From NCBI GenBank assembly GCA_963815935.1, contig CAWFIL010000008.1, positions 162,088 through 226,087 on the forward strand: 64,000 nucleotides of DNA, in the 5' to 3' direction. Made by a program: the position numbers and the translations under genes. Origin of the DNA: an uncultured bacterium. GTDB lineage: Bacteria; Patescibacteriota; Saccharimonadia; Saccharimonadales; UBA4665. The notes below the pieces were generated by a model. That model worked only from the letters and a program-made list of their open reading frames with translations. It searched no databases and was not told the origin of the DNA. Position 1 is the first letter of the stretch; every line of letters begins with the position of its first letter. Shown here in pieces: positions 37,670 through 45,521 of the stretch.

Positions 37670-37861
37670 GTGACGTGTCCTACCGTGTTATATTCCGTAG
37701 CATCTCTCTACTACCACCATAGCCTGCAAGAGCTTATCGTGTTTCTTGCACTCATAAGTACCGTTAGTTGGATAACGGTAGTATTTACGACACTTCTTCG
37801 TTTTGCGGCTAAGTTCACGTACGAGCGTCGGACCAAACGGCAATTGCAGGAGCAGGTGTGA
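37670..37861 (+). CDS. Possible small single-TM protein coupled to the GT2 start (low confidence)
   Basis: 63-aa ORF with a GTG start, one hydrophobic helix and a basic tail. Its stop overlaps the GT2 start codon (GTGA). The RBS is weak. Confidence 0.25.
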   Translation: MTCPTVLYSVASLYYHHSLQELIVFLALISTVSWITVVFTTLLRFAAKFTYERRTKRQLQEQV

Positions 37862-39141
37862 GCTTCGAATATGTCGTTTTTTGTATATTTGCAGTAGTTA
37901 GTACCCTTTATGTCGTTCACTTTGGTATTTACCTTGTAGGAGCAAACTTTTACGATGTTTGGCAGTTTAGGCGTCGCCATCGTCTGAGGGTAGCTGGCTA
38001 CAACGGCAGCAACAAGCTTGTATCGGTCCTAATACCTGCCCACAATGAAGAAAAGGTTATCGTGCGATGCCTCGATTCGGTGTGTGCCAATACGCACACT
38101 AACACCCAGATAATTGTAGTGGACGATGCGTCAGTTGACAGTACGTCGCGATTGGTCAAAGACTACATTCTTCGTCATCCTGCCTATAATATTAGCTTCA
38201 TCCGAAGGCGTAAAAATGTGGGCAAGGGCGGTGCGCTCAACTACGCGCTACGTCGCAAAGCCCAGGGCGAGCTGGTTATGACTCTCGATTCAGACTCGAT
38301 CCTCGATAGAGACACTATTGCCAATGCTGTCGCCTATTTTGAAGACCCGACCATTGTGGGTATTGCCGCTAATGTGCGGATTATAGAGGAGCACACCACT
38401 CTGGGCGTCCTGCAAAAGTTCGAGCATATGATTGGCTACCGATCCAAGAAGACCTACTCTCTTACAAAAAGTGAATTTGTGGTTGGCGGCGTGGCGTCTA
38501 CGTATCGCATGGATGTCCTGCGCGAGGTAGGCTATTATGACACCGACACGCTTACCGAAGACATTGGCTTGAGTATCAAGATTGTCAGCAGCAAAGGCAA
38601 CCGTCATAATCGCATCGTGTATGCGGCGGACGTTACTGCACAGACCGAAGGCGTGGAATCATTCAAGGGCCTGCTGCGTCAGCGCTTTCGCTGGAAGTAT
38701 GGCAGCTTGCAGAATGTTATTAAGTACAAACATCTCATATTTAATCTTGACAGGCGTTTCACGCGTCGGCTCACATTTTATCGCATGCCAATGGTGTTGC
38801 TGAGCGAGGTGGCGATCTTATTTGCGCCTGTTATTTGGGGCTACGTTATCTATATCAGCTTTAGCGAACAGAGTCTGCAGCTTGTGGTTGGTGCATATAT
38901 TACCATTACGGCCTATACGTTCATAAACTTATGGTTCGACGAACATATCCGAGGATGGAACCGATTGCGTCTAAGCATGTATGCACCAGTTGTATACTTT
39001 GTGTTTTACATAATGGATATTATTCAATTTACCTCAGTAGTGAAGTGCTTATTTAGGGCGCGCAAGCTGATAACGGGTAAAGATAAGGTAAGTACGTGGG
39101 TATCGCCACAACGGGTTGGTAAACAAATAGTAGCGGGGTAG
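37858..39141 (+). CDS. Processive family-2 glycosyltransferase (PgaC/IcaA/NodC/HasA-like membrane synthase), copy 1
   Basis: N- and C-terminal TM helices. Motifs VLIPAHNEE, TLDSDS, TEDIGLS and QRFRWKYG (the QxxRW processivity motif). Confidence 0.88.
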   Translation: MSFEYVVFCIFAVVSTLYVVHFGIYLVGANFYDVWQFRRRHRLRVAGYNGSNKLVSVLIPAHNEEKVIVRCLDSVCANTHTNTQIIVVDDASVDSTSRLVKDYILRHPAYNISFIRRRKNVGKGGALNYALRRKAQGELVMTLDSDSILDRDTIANAVAYFEDPTIVGIAANVRIIEEHTTLGVLQKFEHMIGYRSKKTYSLTKSEFVVGGVASTYRMDVLREVGYYDTDTLTEDIGLSIKIVSSKGNRHNRIVYAADVTAQTEGVESFKGLLRQRFRWKYGSLQNVIKYKHLIFNLDRRFTRRLTFYRMPMVLLSEVAILFAPVIWGYVIYISFSEQSLQLVVGAYITITAYTFINLWFDEHIRGWNRLRLSMYAPVVYFVFYIMDIIQFTSVVKCLFRARKLITGKDKVSTWVSPQRVGKQIVAG

Positions 39142-39145
39142 TAGG

Positions 39146-40885
39146 ATGGGCAAACGGCTGCGGATACTGTTACGGAATCCACTGATGATTATTTTGCCTA
39201 TGGTTGCCATTGGCTGGTTTGGCTGGTCAATGTACATGCGGGCTGTCAACATACCCGACCATGCTGCTCATAATCTACTGCAGGGTGGTGATTTTGAAGA
39301 TCGGGCTAATGGTGGTGTGCCGTCTGGCTGGACGGTTAAGGCCAGCGACACGTTAAGTTATTTTCCGCAGCCAGTTAAAGGGTATGGCGGGGGGAAGGCA
39401 CTACAACTGGTGGTCGATACATACACCGGCGGTAGTCTTGATGTCGAGAGCCCCCTGGTGCAGGTGCAGCCAGCAACGACCTACTTCTACAAGGGATACT
39501 ACCGTTCGACTGTGCCTTTTTGGCTACTGGCGAAGTTTTACTATAAGGACGGGACGAGCAAACTCAAGGTTGTAAAGCAGTACGGTGACGCAAATGACTG
39601 GACCACCGACAGCCTGGCGTTTCTTACGGATGCCAATACGCAGCGGGTACAATTTTACTACAAGCTGGCCGCTAAGGGTGAGCTTACTGTCGACAAGGCG
39701 TTTGTGGAAAAACGCGCCGACGGCAGTGTGTATCTTCCGGATACTCCAACAGTCACTACCACTAACATTCTTGCTAACGGTGACCTTGCCGACCAACAGG
39801 GCGATACGCCAGTTGGCTGGGGTCGGTATTACACTGGCAACAATAGCCCAGAACTATCCTACATACAGCAGGACGGCAGCCGATACTTACGCGTTAGATT
39901 GTCTAACTACAAAGATGGTGAGGCCAAGTGGGAACACAAGCCGCTTGATTCTGAAGGTGGACAGTACCTTTCGCTCACGCTTGACTATCGTTGCGACACT
40001 ACTGTCGCACAACTTGTAGCAGAATATGTAATGGAGGACGGCAGTCGCTCGTTTGCGACGCTAGCAAACTTGCCACCTGCTAGCAATTGGACTAGCACGA
40101 CGGTGTACGCGGAGGCCCCTGAAGGGGCCAAGACAGTAGCCCTTAATGCGGTGCTTAAGGGTGGCGGTACGCTTGATACCGACAACTATAGAGTTGATGA
40201 CTTGACGAAGCCCGGCATCCGGCACTTTAAACGTCCACTCGTGTCGATAAGCTTTGACGATGGCTGGGAGTCGGGCTATAACACGGCGGCACGCATCATG
40301 GACTATCTAAACTACAAAGGAACCTTTTATATCAACCCTGCTGCCGTCGAAGAGCCTGCTTTTCTAACGGGGGCTGACCTGCAAAGCCTGATCAAGTCGG
40401 GGAATCAGCTAGCGACCGAAGGTAATGAATATGTTGACCTCACGACGCTTAACACCCGGTTGCTAAAGCGCCAACTACTGCTCGCTCATGACTATTTTGT
40501 AAAACAGTTGCATCAAACGAATATCGATTTTGCACCAACCAGTGGCTATGACGATGCAGGCGTACAGGCCTTAACGCACACTTATTTCCGTAGTAGCAGG
40601 GGTGGGGGCGACGGGATCAATACTAAGCAGAATTTTGACGCTTACAACCTCAAAACGTTTTATGTAGACAACAAGACTAACCCACAGCGCCTACAGGCTG
40701 TTCTGGACGAAACGCAGAGGATGCGGGGGTGGCTGATACTCGTATACCACCGCGTTGAAGACAACTCACCATCACGTACAACAGTCACCTCTAAGGAGTT
40801 TACCGACCAGATGGAGCAGCTACATAAAAGTGGCATTGCGGTAACGACTGTCGGTAAAGCTATAGACGAGATCTTGGGCCAATAG
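39146..40885 (+). CDS. CE4-like polysaccharide deacetylase homolog with two N-terminal CBM-like modules; His-His motif missing
   Basis: TM anchor, then two NLLxGGDF/NILANGDL-type beta-sandwich modules. CE4 motif 1 (SFDDG) is at 40250-40264. The expected H[ST]xxH is replaced by TEGNEY (40412-40432). Confidence 0.8.
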   Translation: MGKRLRILLRNPLMIILPMVAIGWFGWSMYMRAVNIPDHAAHNLLQGGDFEDRANGGVPSGWTVKASDTLSYFPQPVKGYGGGKALQLVVDTYTGGSLDVESPLVQVQPATTYFYKGYYRSTVPFWLLAKFYYKDGTSKLKVVKQYGDANDWTTDSLAFLTDANTQRVQFYYKLAAKGELTVDKAFVEKRADGSVYLPDTPTVTTTNILANGDLADQQGDTPVGWGRYYTGNNSPELSYIQQDGSRYLRVRLSNYKDGEAKWEHKPLDSEGGQYLSLTLDYRCDTTVAQLVAEYVMEDGSRSFATLANLPPASNWTSTTVYAEAPEGAKTVALNAVLKGGGTLDTDNYRVDDLTKPGIRHFKRPLVSISFDDGWESGYNTAARIMDYLNYKGTFYINPAAVEEPAFLTGADLQSLIKSGNQLATEGNEYVDLTTLNTRLLKRQLLLAHDYFVKQLHQTNIDFAPTSGYDDAGVQALTHTYFRSSRGGGDGINTKQNFDAYNLKTFYVDNKTNPQRLQAVLDETQRMRGWLILVYHRVEDNSPSRTTVTSKEFTDQMEQLHKSGIAVTTVGKAIDEILGQ

Positions 40886-40902
40886 ACCGTATTCTTTCGG
40901 AC

Positions 40903-40940
40903 AAATAAAATAACCATGCAAACACATGGTTATTTTATTT
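40903..40940. terminator. 16-bp perfect hairpin acting as a bidirectional terminator
   Basis: AAATAAAATAACCATG-caaaca-CATGGTTATTTTATTT lies between the CE4-like gene (+) and the tRNA-His 3' end (-). Confidence 0.7.
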
Positions 40941-41017
40941 GGGGCGAATGATGGGGTTCGAACCCACGGCCTCCGGAGCCACAATCCAGCGCTCTAACCA
41001 GCTGAGCTACATCCGCC
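40940..41017 (-). tRNA. tRNA-His (anticodon GTG) with encoded G-1 and CCA
   Basis: The reverse complement gives G-1 + GCGGATG...CATTCGC-C-CCA and anticodon arm CTGGA-TTGTGGC-TCCGG. Confidence 0.9.
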
Positions 41018-41112
41018 AAAAACTGAAAATTAACATGACTACTGTAGCACTTTTCAAGAGATAAATCTACTATTATGATGTTAGAACATTAAATATAGAT
41101 GATGTCTACAGT

Positions 41113-41140
41113 AAAAGAGATCTAGTACTAGATCTCTTTT
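41113..41140. terminator. 28-nt perfect palindrome (hairpin terminator) between tRNA-Arg and tRNA-His
   Basis: AAAAGAGATCTAGTACTAGATCTCTTTT starts 3 nt after the tRNA-Arg 3' end. Confidence 0.6.
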
Positions 41141-41143
41141 ATG

Positions 41144-41220
41144 TGGTGCCCCGGGTTGGACTCGAACCAACGACCTTAGGCTTAGAAGTCCTCTGCTCTA
41201 TCCAGCTGAGCTACCAGGGC
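41144..41220 (-). tRNA. tRNA-Arg (anticodon TCT), CCA encoded; weak anticodon stem
   Basis: Good acceptor, D and T arms. The anticodon arm GAGGA-CTTCTAA-GCCTA has only 3 Watson-Crick pairs. Confidence 0.8.
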
Positions 41221-41227
41221 AGGCAAT

Positions 41228-41303
41228 TGGTGCGGGTAGAGAGAATCGAACTCTCATCTCCAGCTTGGAAGGCTGGCATACGAAGCCATTGTACGATACC
41301 CGC
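41228..41303 (-). tRNA. tRNA-Gly (anticodon TCC), CCA encoded
   Basis: Acceptor GCGGGTA/TACCCGC, anticodon arm CCAGC-CTTCCAA-GCTGG, T arm GAGAG-TTCGATT-CTCTC. Confidence 0.92.
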
Positions 41304-41449
41304 GTGCGCACTATTATATCAGATCGACCGTAGTTAAGCATAAACGTAATAGTATAGTATTTACAAACTGTCAACAATATGTATAATGTGGAGTATTGAG
41401 CAAGGCGTGAAGAGACCGAACTCAGGGAATCCATAAAGGGAGACTATCC

Positions 41450-41608
41450 ATGTACCAACCACAAGTACTGGGCGAGCAGTTCTTGCCAAATACCGGCAAC
41501 AGCAACGTAGCACTTATAACGGGTGGCATTACCCTGTTGGTAGGCGTAGCTATCGTAGTTACCACCGTGCTTCGCATGGCTGCCAAGAAAAAGGCTAGCA
41601 AGGCCTAA
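41450..41608 (+). CDS. 52-aa miniprotein consisting of an LPNTG sorting signal, a TM helix and a basic tail, with no N-terminal signal peptide
   Basis: Not in the ORF track because it is under 60 aa. AAGGGAG RBS lies 8 nt before ATG 41450. My translation is MYQPQVLGEQFLPNTGNSNVALITGGITLLVGVAIVVTTVLRMAAKKKASKA. LPNTG is at 41483-41497, and the gene has its own terminator. Confidence 0.6.
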   Translation: MYQPQVLGEQFLPNTGNSNVALITGGITLLVGVAIVVTTVLRMAAKKKASKA

Positions 41609-41632
41609 GCGCCTGTTCGTCAGAATAATATA

Positions 41633-41673
41633 AAGTAGGCGCTCATCTGTAAGTTTGGGCGCCTTACTTTTTT
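41633..41673 (+). terminator. Hairpin terminator after the LPNTG miniprotein ORF
   Basis: AAGTAGGCGC...GCGCCTTACTT (one bulge) followed by TTTTTT. Confidence 0.55.
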
Positions 41674-41683
41674 GAAAGCGGCT

Positions 41684-42277
41684 ATGAAAAAGCGACTTCT
41701 ATGGCTAATAACCGGACTTATCCTGATTGCCGTCGGGGTGGGCTTGGGTTTGCCCTCATTCCTACAGGCCCGCGAAAGCGCGGCTGTGCCGAAAGTTGCC
41801 GCCTCACCCTTTGTTACCCCCTCCAAGCCGAGTACAAGCAATACCGAACAGACCGTTGCCCGTATTGAAGGCAAGCCGGTTCGCATCCAAATCCCATCCC
41901 TGAAAATCGATCTTCCCGTCATTGACGGCTACCATAACGTGAAGGCCCAGACTTGGACGTTGACCAAGAATAAAGTGCAGTACGCCGTAAACACTCCTCT
42001 GGCTAATAACGTCGAGGGCAATACGTTTCTGTACGGCCATAACCGCCGCGAAGTACTCCACAGTTTGGTCAAGATCAAGCTTGGGGCTGAAGCAATCATT
42101 ACTACCGACAACGGTCATGTCTTTACCTATGTGTTCAAGGGGGCACTCGAGACTACCCCAAGTGATGATTCGCTTTTCAAATACCAGGGGCCACCGATTC
42201 TGACTGTACAGACCTGTTCGGGCGTCTGGTACCAGAACCGCCAGTTGTTTACGTTTGACCTAAAGGATGTGCAATAA
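41684..42277 (+). CDS. Sortase family transpeptidase
   Basis: N-terminal TM anchor, catalytic His in TFLYGHN, Cys in LTVQTCSG, and a downstream Arg (QNRQ). Confidence 0.85.
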   Translation: MKKRLLWLITGLILIAVGVGLGLPSFLQARESAAVPKVAASPFVTPSKPSTSNTEQTVARIEGKPVRIQIPSLKIDLPVIDGYHNVKAQTWTLTKNKVQYAVNTPLANNVEGNTFLYGHNRREVLHSLVKIKLGAEAIITTDNGHVFTYVFKGALETTPSDDSLFKYQGPPILTVQTCSGVWYQNRQLFTFDLKDVQ

Positions 42278-42278
42278 G

Positions 42279-43544
42279 ATGTTGTATCTGCTGTATGTAA
42301 TCTTCATTGTCGTAAGTATGGTGAATACCATACACCTTGGCCTATATGTTGGCGGCGCGAATCTCTATGATCTGCGTCGCTTTAGGCGTGCTGCCGCTAA
42401 GCCGGCTCGTGGCACGCGCCCGTTGGTGTCGGTTATCGTGCCGGCCCACAACGAAGCGCTGGTAATAGAGCGCTGCATGGAGTCGATCCGTAAAAGCAAG
42501 TACCGCAAATTAGAGGTGATTGTACATAACGACAACAGCAGCGACGACACTCGTGCCGCACTGACTGCATACCAAAAAGCGTACCCCAAGTTTAACCTAC
42601 GTGTTGTGAACCGTCGCAAGCAGGTCGGCAAGGCTGGTGGCGTAAACTATTGCATCAAACAGCATGCCAAGGGTGACCTGATAATGACGCTTGACGCTGA
42701 CTGTGTATTACGCAAAGATGCAGTCACTAATGCGGTTGCTTATTTTGCCAACCCACAAGTCGTGGGCGTTGCTGCCAATGTCAGGCTTATAGACAAGCCG
42801 TCTATTCTTGGCCTGCTCCAAAAGTTTGAGCATATGATCGGCTACCGCTCTAAGAAGTTCTACACTGTAGCCAACTGTGAGTTTATTGTAGGCGGCGTGG
42901 CTTCGACCTACCGCCGCGAAGTGCTGAAGCAAGTCGGTTACTATGACACCGATACAACAACTGAGGACATCGGCCTTAGTATGAAGATCGTTGCCATGGG
43001 CAATCGTGCTAATGTCATTGTATATGGTGTTGATGTCGTGGCAATGACCGAGGGCGCGCACAGCTTTAAGGCACTGCTCAAACAGCGCTATCGTTGGAAG
43101 ATGGGCAGTCTACAAAACCTATTGCGTCACGCACACCTTATTGGCAGCCGTGACCCTAAGTACAGCAAGACGCTCACCTGGTACCGCTTGCCAATGGCTT
43201 TCGTAAGTGAGGCGATGCTATTTATGCAGCCACTTGTGCTTGGCTACGCGGCCTATGTGAGCATTCATTACCACACTTTCGCCTTGTTTATCGGCGCCTA
43301 TCTAACCATCACCGGGTATGTGCTACTAACCATCTTGCCAGATGAGCACAGCACGCCTCGCCACAAGCTCGCCATGAGCCTGTATGCACCTATCTTATAC
43401 TTCACTTTCTATATAATGGATACTGTTCAGGTCGTTTCGATTGTACGCTGTTTGTTGCACCCACGCCAAATGACGCGCAGAACATTGCATCAAGGTACTT
43501 GGGTTTCGCCCGAACGGGCGGGGCAGCAAGTCCAACTTTCATAA
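42279..43544 (+). CDS. Processive family-2 glycosyltransferase, copy 2 (paralog of 37858-39141)
   Basis: About 55 percent identity to copy 1 by eye. Motifs VIVPAHNEA, TLDADC, TEDIGLS and QRYRWKMG. ATG 42279 is preferred over 42267 because of SD spacing. Confidence 0.88.
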   Translation: MLYLLYVIFIVVSMVNTIHLGLYVGGANLYDLRRFRRAAAKPARGTRPLVSVIVPAHNEALVIERCMESIRKSKYRKLEVIVHNDNSSDDTRAALTAYQKAYPKFNLRVVNRRKQVGKAGGVNYCIKQHAKGDLIMTLDADCVLRKDAVTNAVAYFANPQVVGVAANVRLIDKPSILGLLQKFEHMIGYRSKKFYTVANCEFIVGGVASTYRREVLKQVGYYDTDTTTEDIGLSMKIVAMGNRANVIVYGVDVVAMTEGAHSFKALLKQRYRWKMGSLQNLLRHAHLIGSRDPKYSKTLTWYRLPMAFVSEAMLFMQPLVLGYAAYVSIHYHTFALFIGAYLTITGYVLLTILPDEHSTPRHKLAMSLYAPILYFTFYIMDTVQVVSIVRCLLHPRQMTRRTLHQGTWVSPERAGQQVQLS

Positions 43545-43567
43545 TCTGCCTGCAGCAGGAGGACCCT

Positions 43568-45521
43568 ATGGAATTTGTAGACCCTAGTAGTGACATTGAA
43601 GCGCTTGTTGCCTCCGGCGAGTTGGAAGTGGTTGAGACCGAGATGGTATCTGGTGGAGCACAGGCTCAAGAGGTTGTGGTGGCTTCTTCTGCTGGTGTAC
43701 CCGGGACCGCTATCCCCGAAGCGCCCCGGCAACAGAGGCGTCCCTGGCGGCGAGTTATCACGACCGGTTTGTGCGCCCTTGTATTGGCGGGATGCACCAG
43801 CCATAGTACGAGTGAAGGGTCGCCCCAGGCTGGCATTGAGGCAAGCGGGCCACTCCGCGGACTGCCAGAGTTCGATGCATCACATGAGCAAAACGTGCTA
43901 AGTGCAAACTGGCAGTTTGCCCAGGGGGTAACGGTGGTAGATGGGGGGCTGCGTGTAGCGCATACGGGTGAAGCAACACTCACCACTCCTCCCGAAAATG
44001 AAGACTGCCAAGCCGCGGTATATGCCTAATCCGCCAGTCGTATTGTATGGGCCACATATTCAGCTAGCGCAGCCGGGCAGTGTTGGCTTTGCCGCCCGCT
44101 TGACCAATATTCAGGGGCCGGCAACGATCTCCTTGCTTAGCGCGCCGACGATTCGTTTTGATGAGCGCGTTGAGCACCAACCAGGTGTTGATGTAACTAT
44201 CAACGACAAGGTAGCGGATATTACCATTTGGAATGACGGCCAAGCTCCATTACAAACCGAAACGAAACTAAACCATGCAGCTGCCTCAGCTGATATTGCA
44301 GTCGGTCAAACCGGCGATCAGCTGAAGGTAGTGGTAAATGGTCAGACACTACCACTGCAGAAAGCCGTGCTTGGTAATCGAGTTTGGTTTGGGCTAAGTG
44401 CCACCAAACAATTTGACGTTGCTGGCTTTAACGTATACCCAATCGGTGGCAACAAAGTAGATATCGTAGACACTAGTGCTGCCGGTTTCGTAGCGGCCAA
44501 GCCATCCCCTAGCGGCCTGGCTTCGATTGCGGCTGCCCACGGTCACGGCGATAAGTTGATTGGTACCACTGTTGATTTGGTGGAATTGATGTCCGACCCG
44601 CAGTATACCGAGTTCGTGTTGCAAAACTTTAATGAGATCGAAACCGAGACGCTAGCCAAGTTTCAGGCACTACAGCCCGAGCGGGGCCAGTTCCAATTTG
44701 CCGAGCTGGATGCACTAGTCAAGTTTGCCAACGAGCATGACCTAAAAATCCACGGCCATGCACTAGTATTTGGCGAGGCATATCCAGAATGGCTATACAA
44801 GGCGCTAAACGGTGCCAGCCAGGCCCAGGCGCTTGCTATTATGCGTGCTCACATTCAGACGGTGGTATCGCGGTATGACGGTAAACACGGCCACGGCGCC
44901 ATCTCGTACTGGGACGTTGTTAACGAGCCCTTTGACCCAGATAACTGGGGAGACCTCAATAAAAATACTATCTGGTATAAGGCGATTGGTCCGCAGTATA
45001 TTGCTGAGGCCTTTAAGGCCGCGCGTGCCGCCAACCCTGGCGCGCTGCTCGGTTTGAACGAATGGGGTATCGAGACGGATGCCGATCGCCGGGCAGGGGT
45101 GATAAACCTTATCAAGAGCCTGCCGCCCAGAACGATTGATTTTGTGGGGCTGCAGGCCCACTTTGACGAAGGCACGCTGAACGACAATGGCGTCATGGAT
45201 GGCATTTACGGCGGTGATCTGACAAAAGTATTCGCCCAATTCGCCAAACTAGGCGTAAAGGTGCGTATTTCGGAGGCCAGCGTTGCCGAAAATGGTGACC
45301 CGCAGACACAAAGTGATGTCTATAGTATGTTGCTCGAAGCTTGCATGAAGGCACCTAATTGTATCGGCTTCAACCTCTGGGGCGCTACCAGTAACCAGTA
45401 TTACTTTACGACGACGCCAGAGTATGGCATAGGCGATGACGCGCCAACAAAACAGGACGCCAACGGAAAGATAGTTGAGCGTCCTGCAATGGGTGGACTG
45501 CGCGAAGCAGCCGCGGCCTAG
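43568..45521 (+). pseudogene. Second anchored GH10-like hydrolase, split by a +1 frame change at about 43968-44029 (pseudogene, sequencing error or recoding)
   Basis: The frame-2 ORF 43568-44029 (RBS AGGAGGA, TM/lipobox-like LVLAGC) aligns to the N-terminus of the 35764-37521 paralog. The frame-3 ORF 43968-45521 aligns to the remainder, including WDVVNEP and ISEAS. Confidence 0.6.

Noticed and set aside
37522-37857. I looked for a c-di-GMP or other riboswitch in the long leader of the GT2 synthase.
   Set aside because: I could not recognise GEMM-type conserved segments by eye. There is only a short 8-bp hairpin. A covariance-model scan is needed before any claim.
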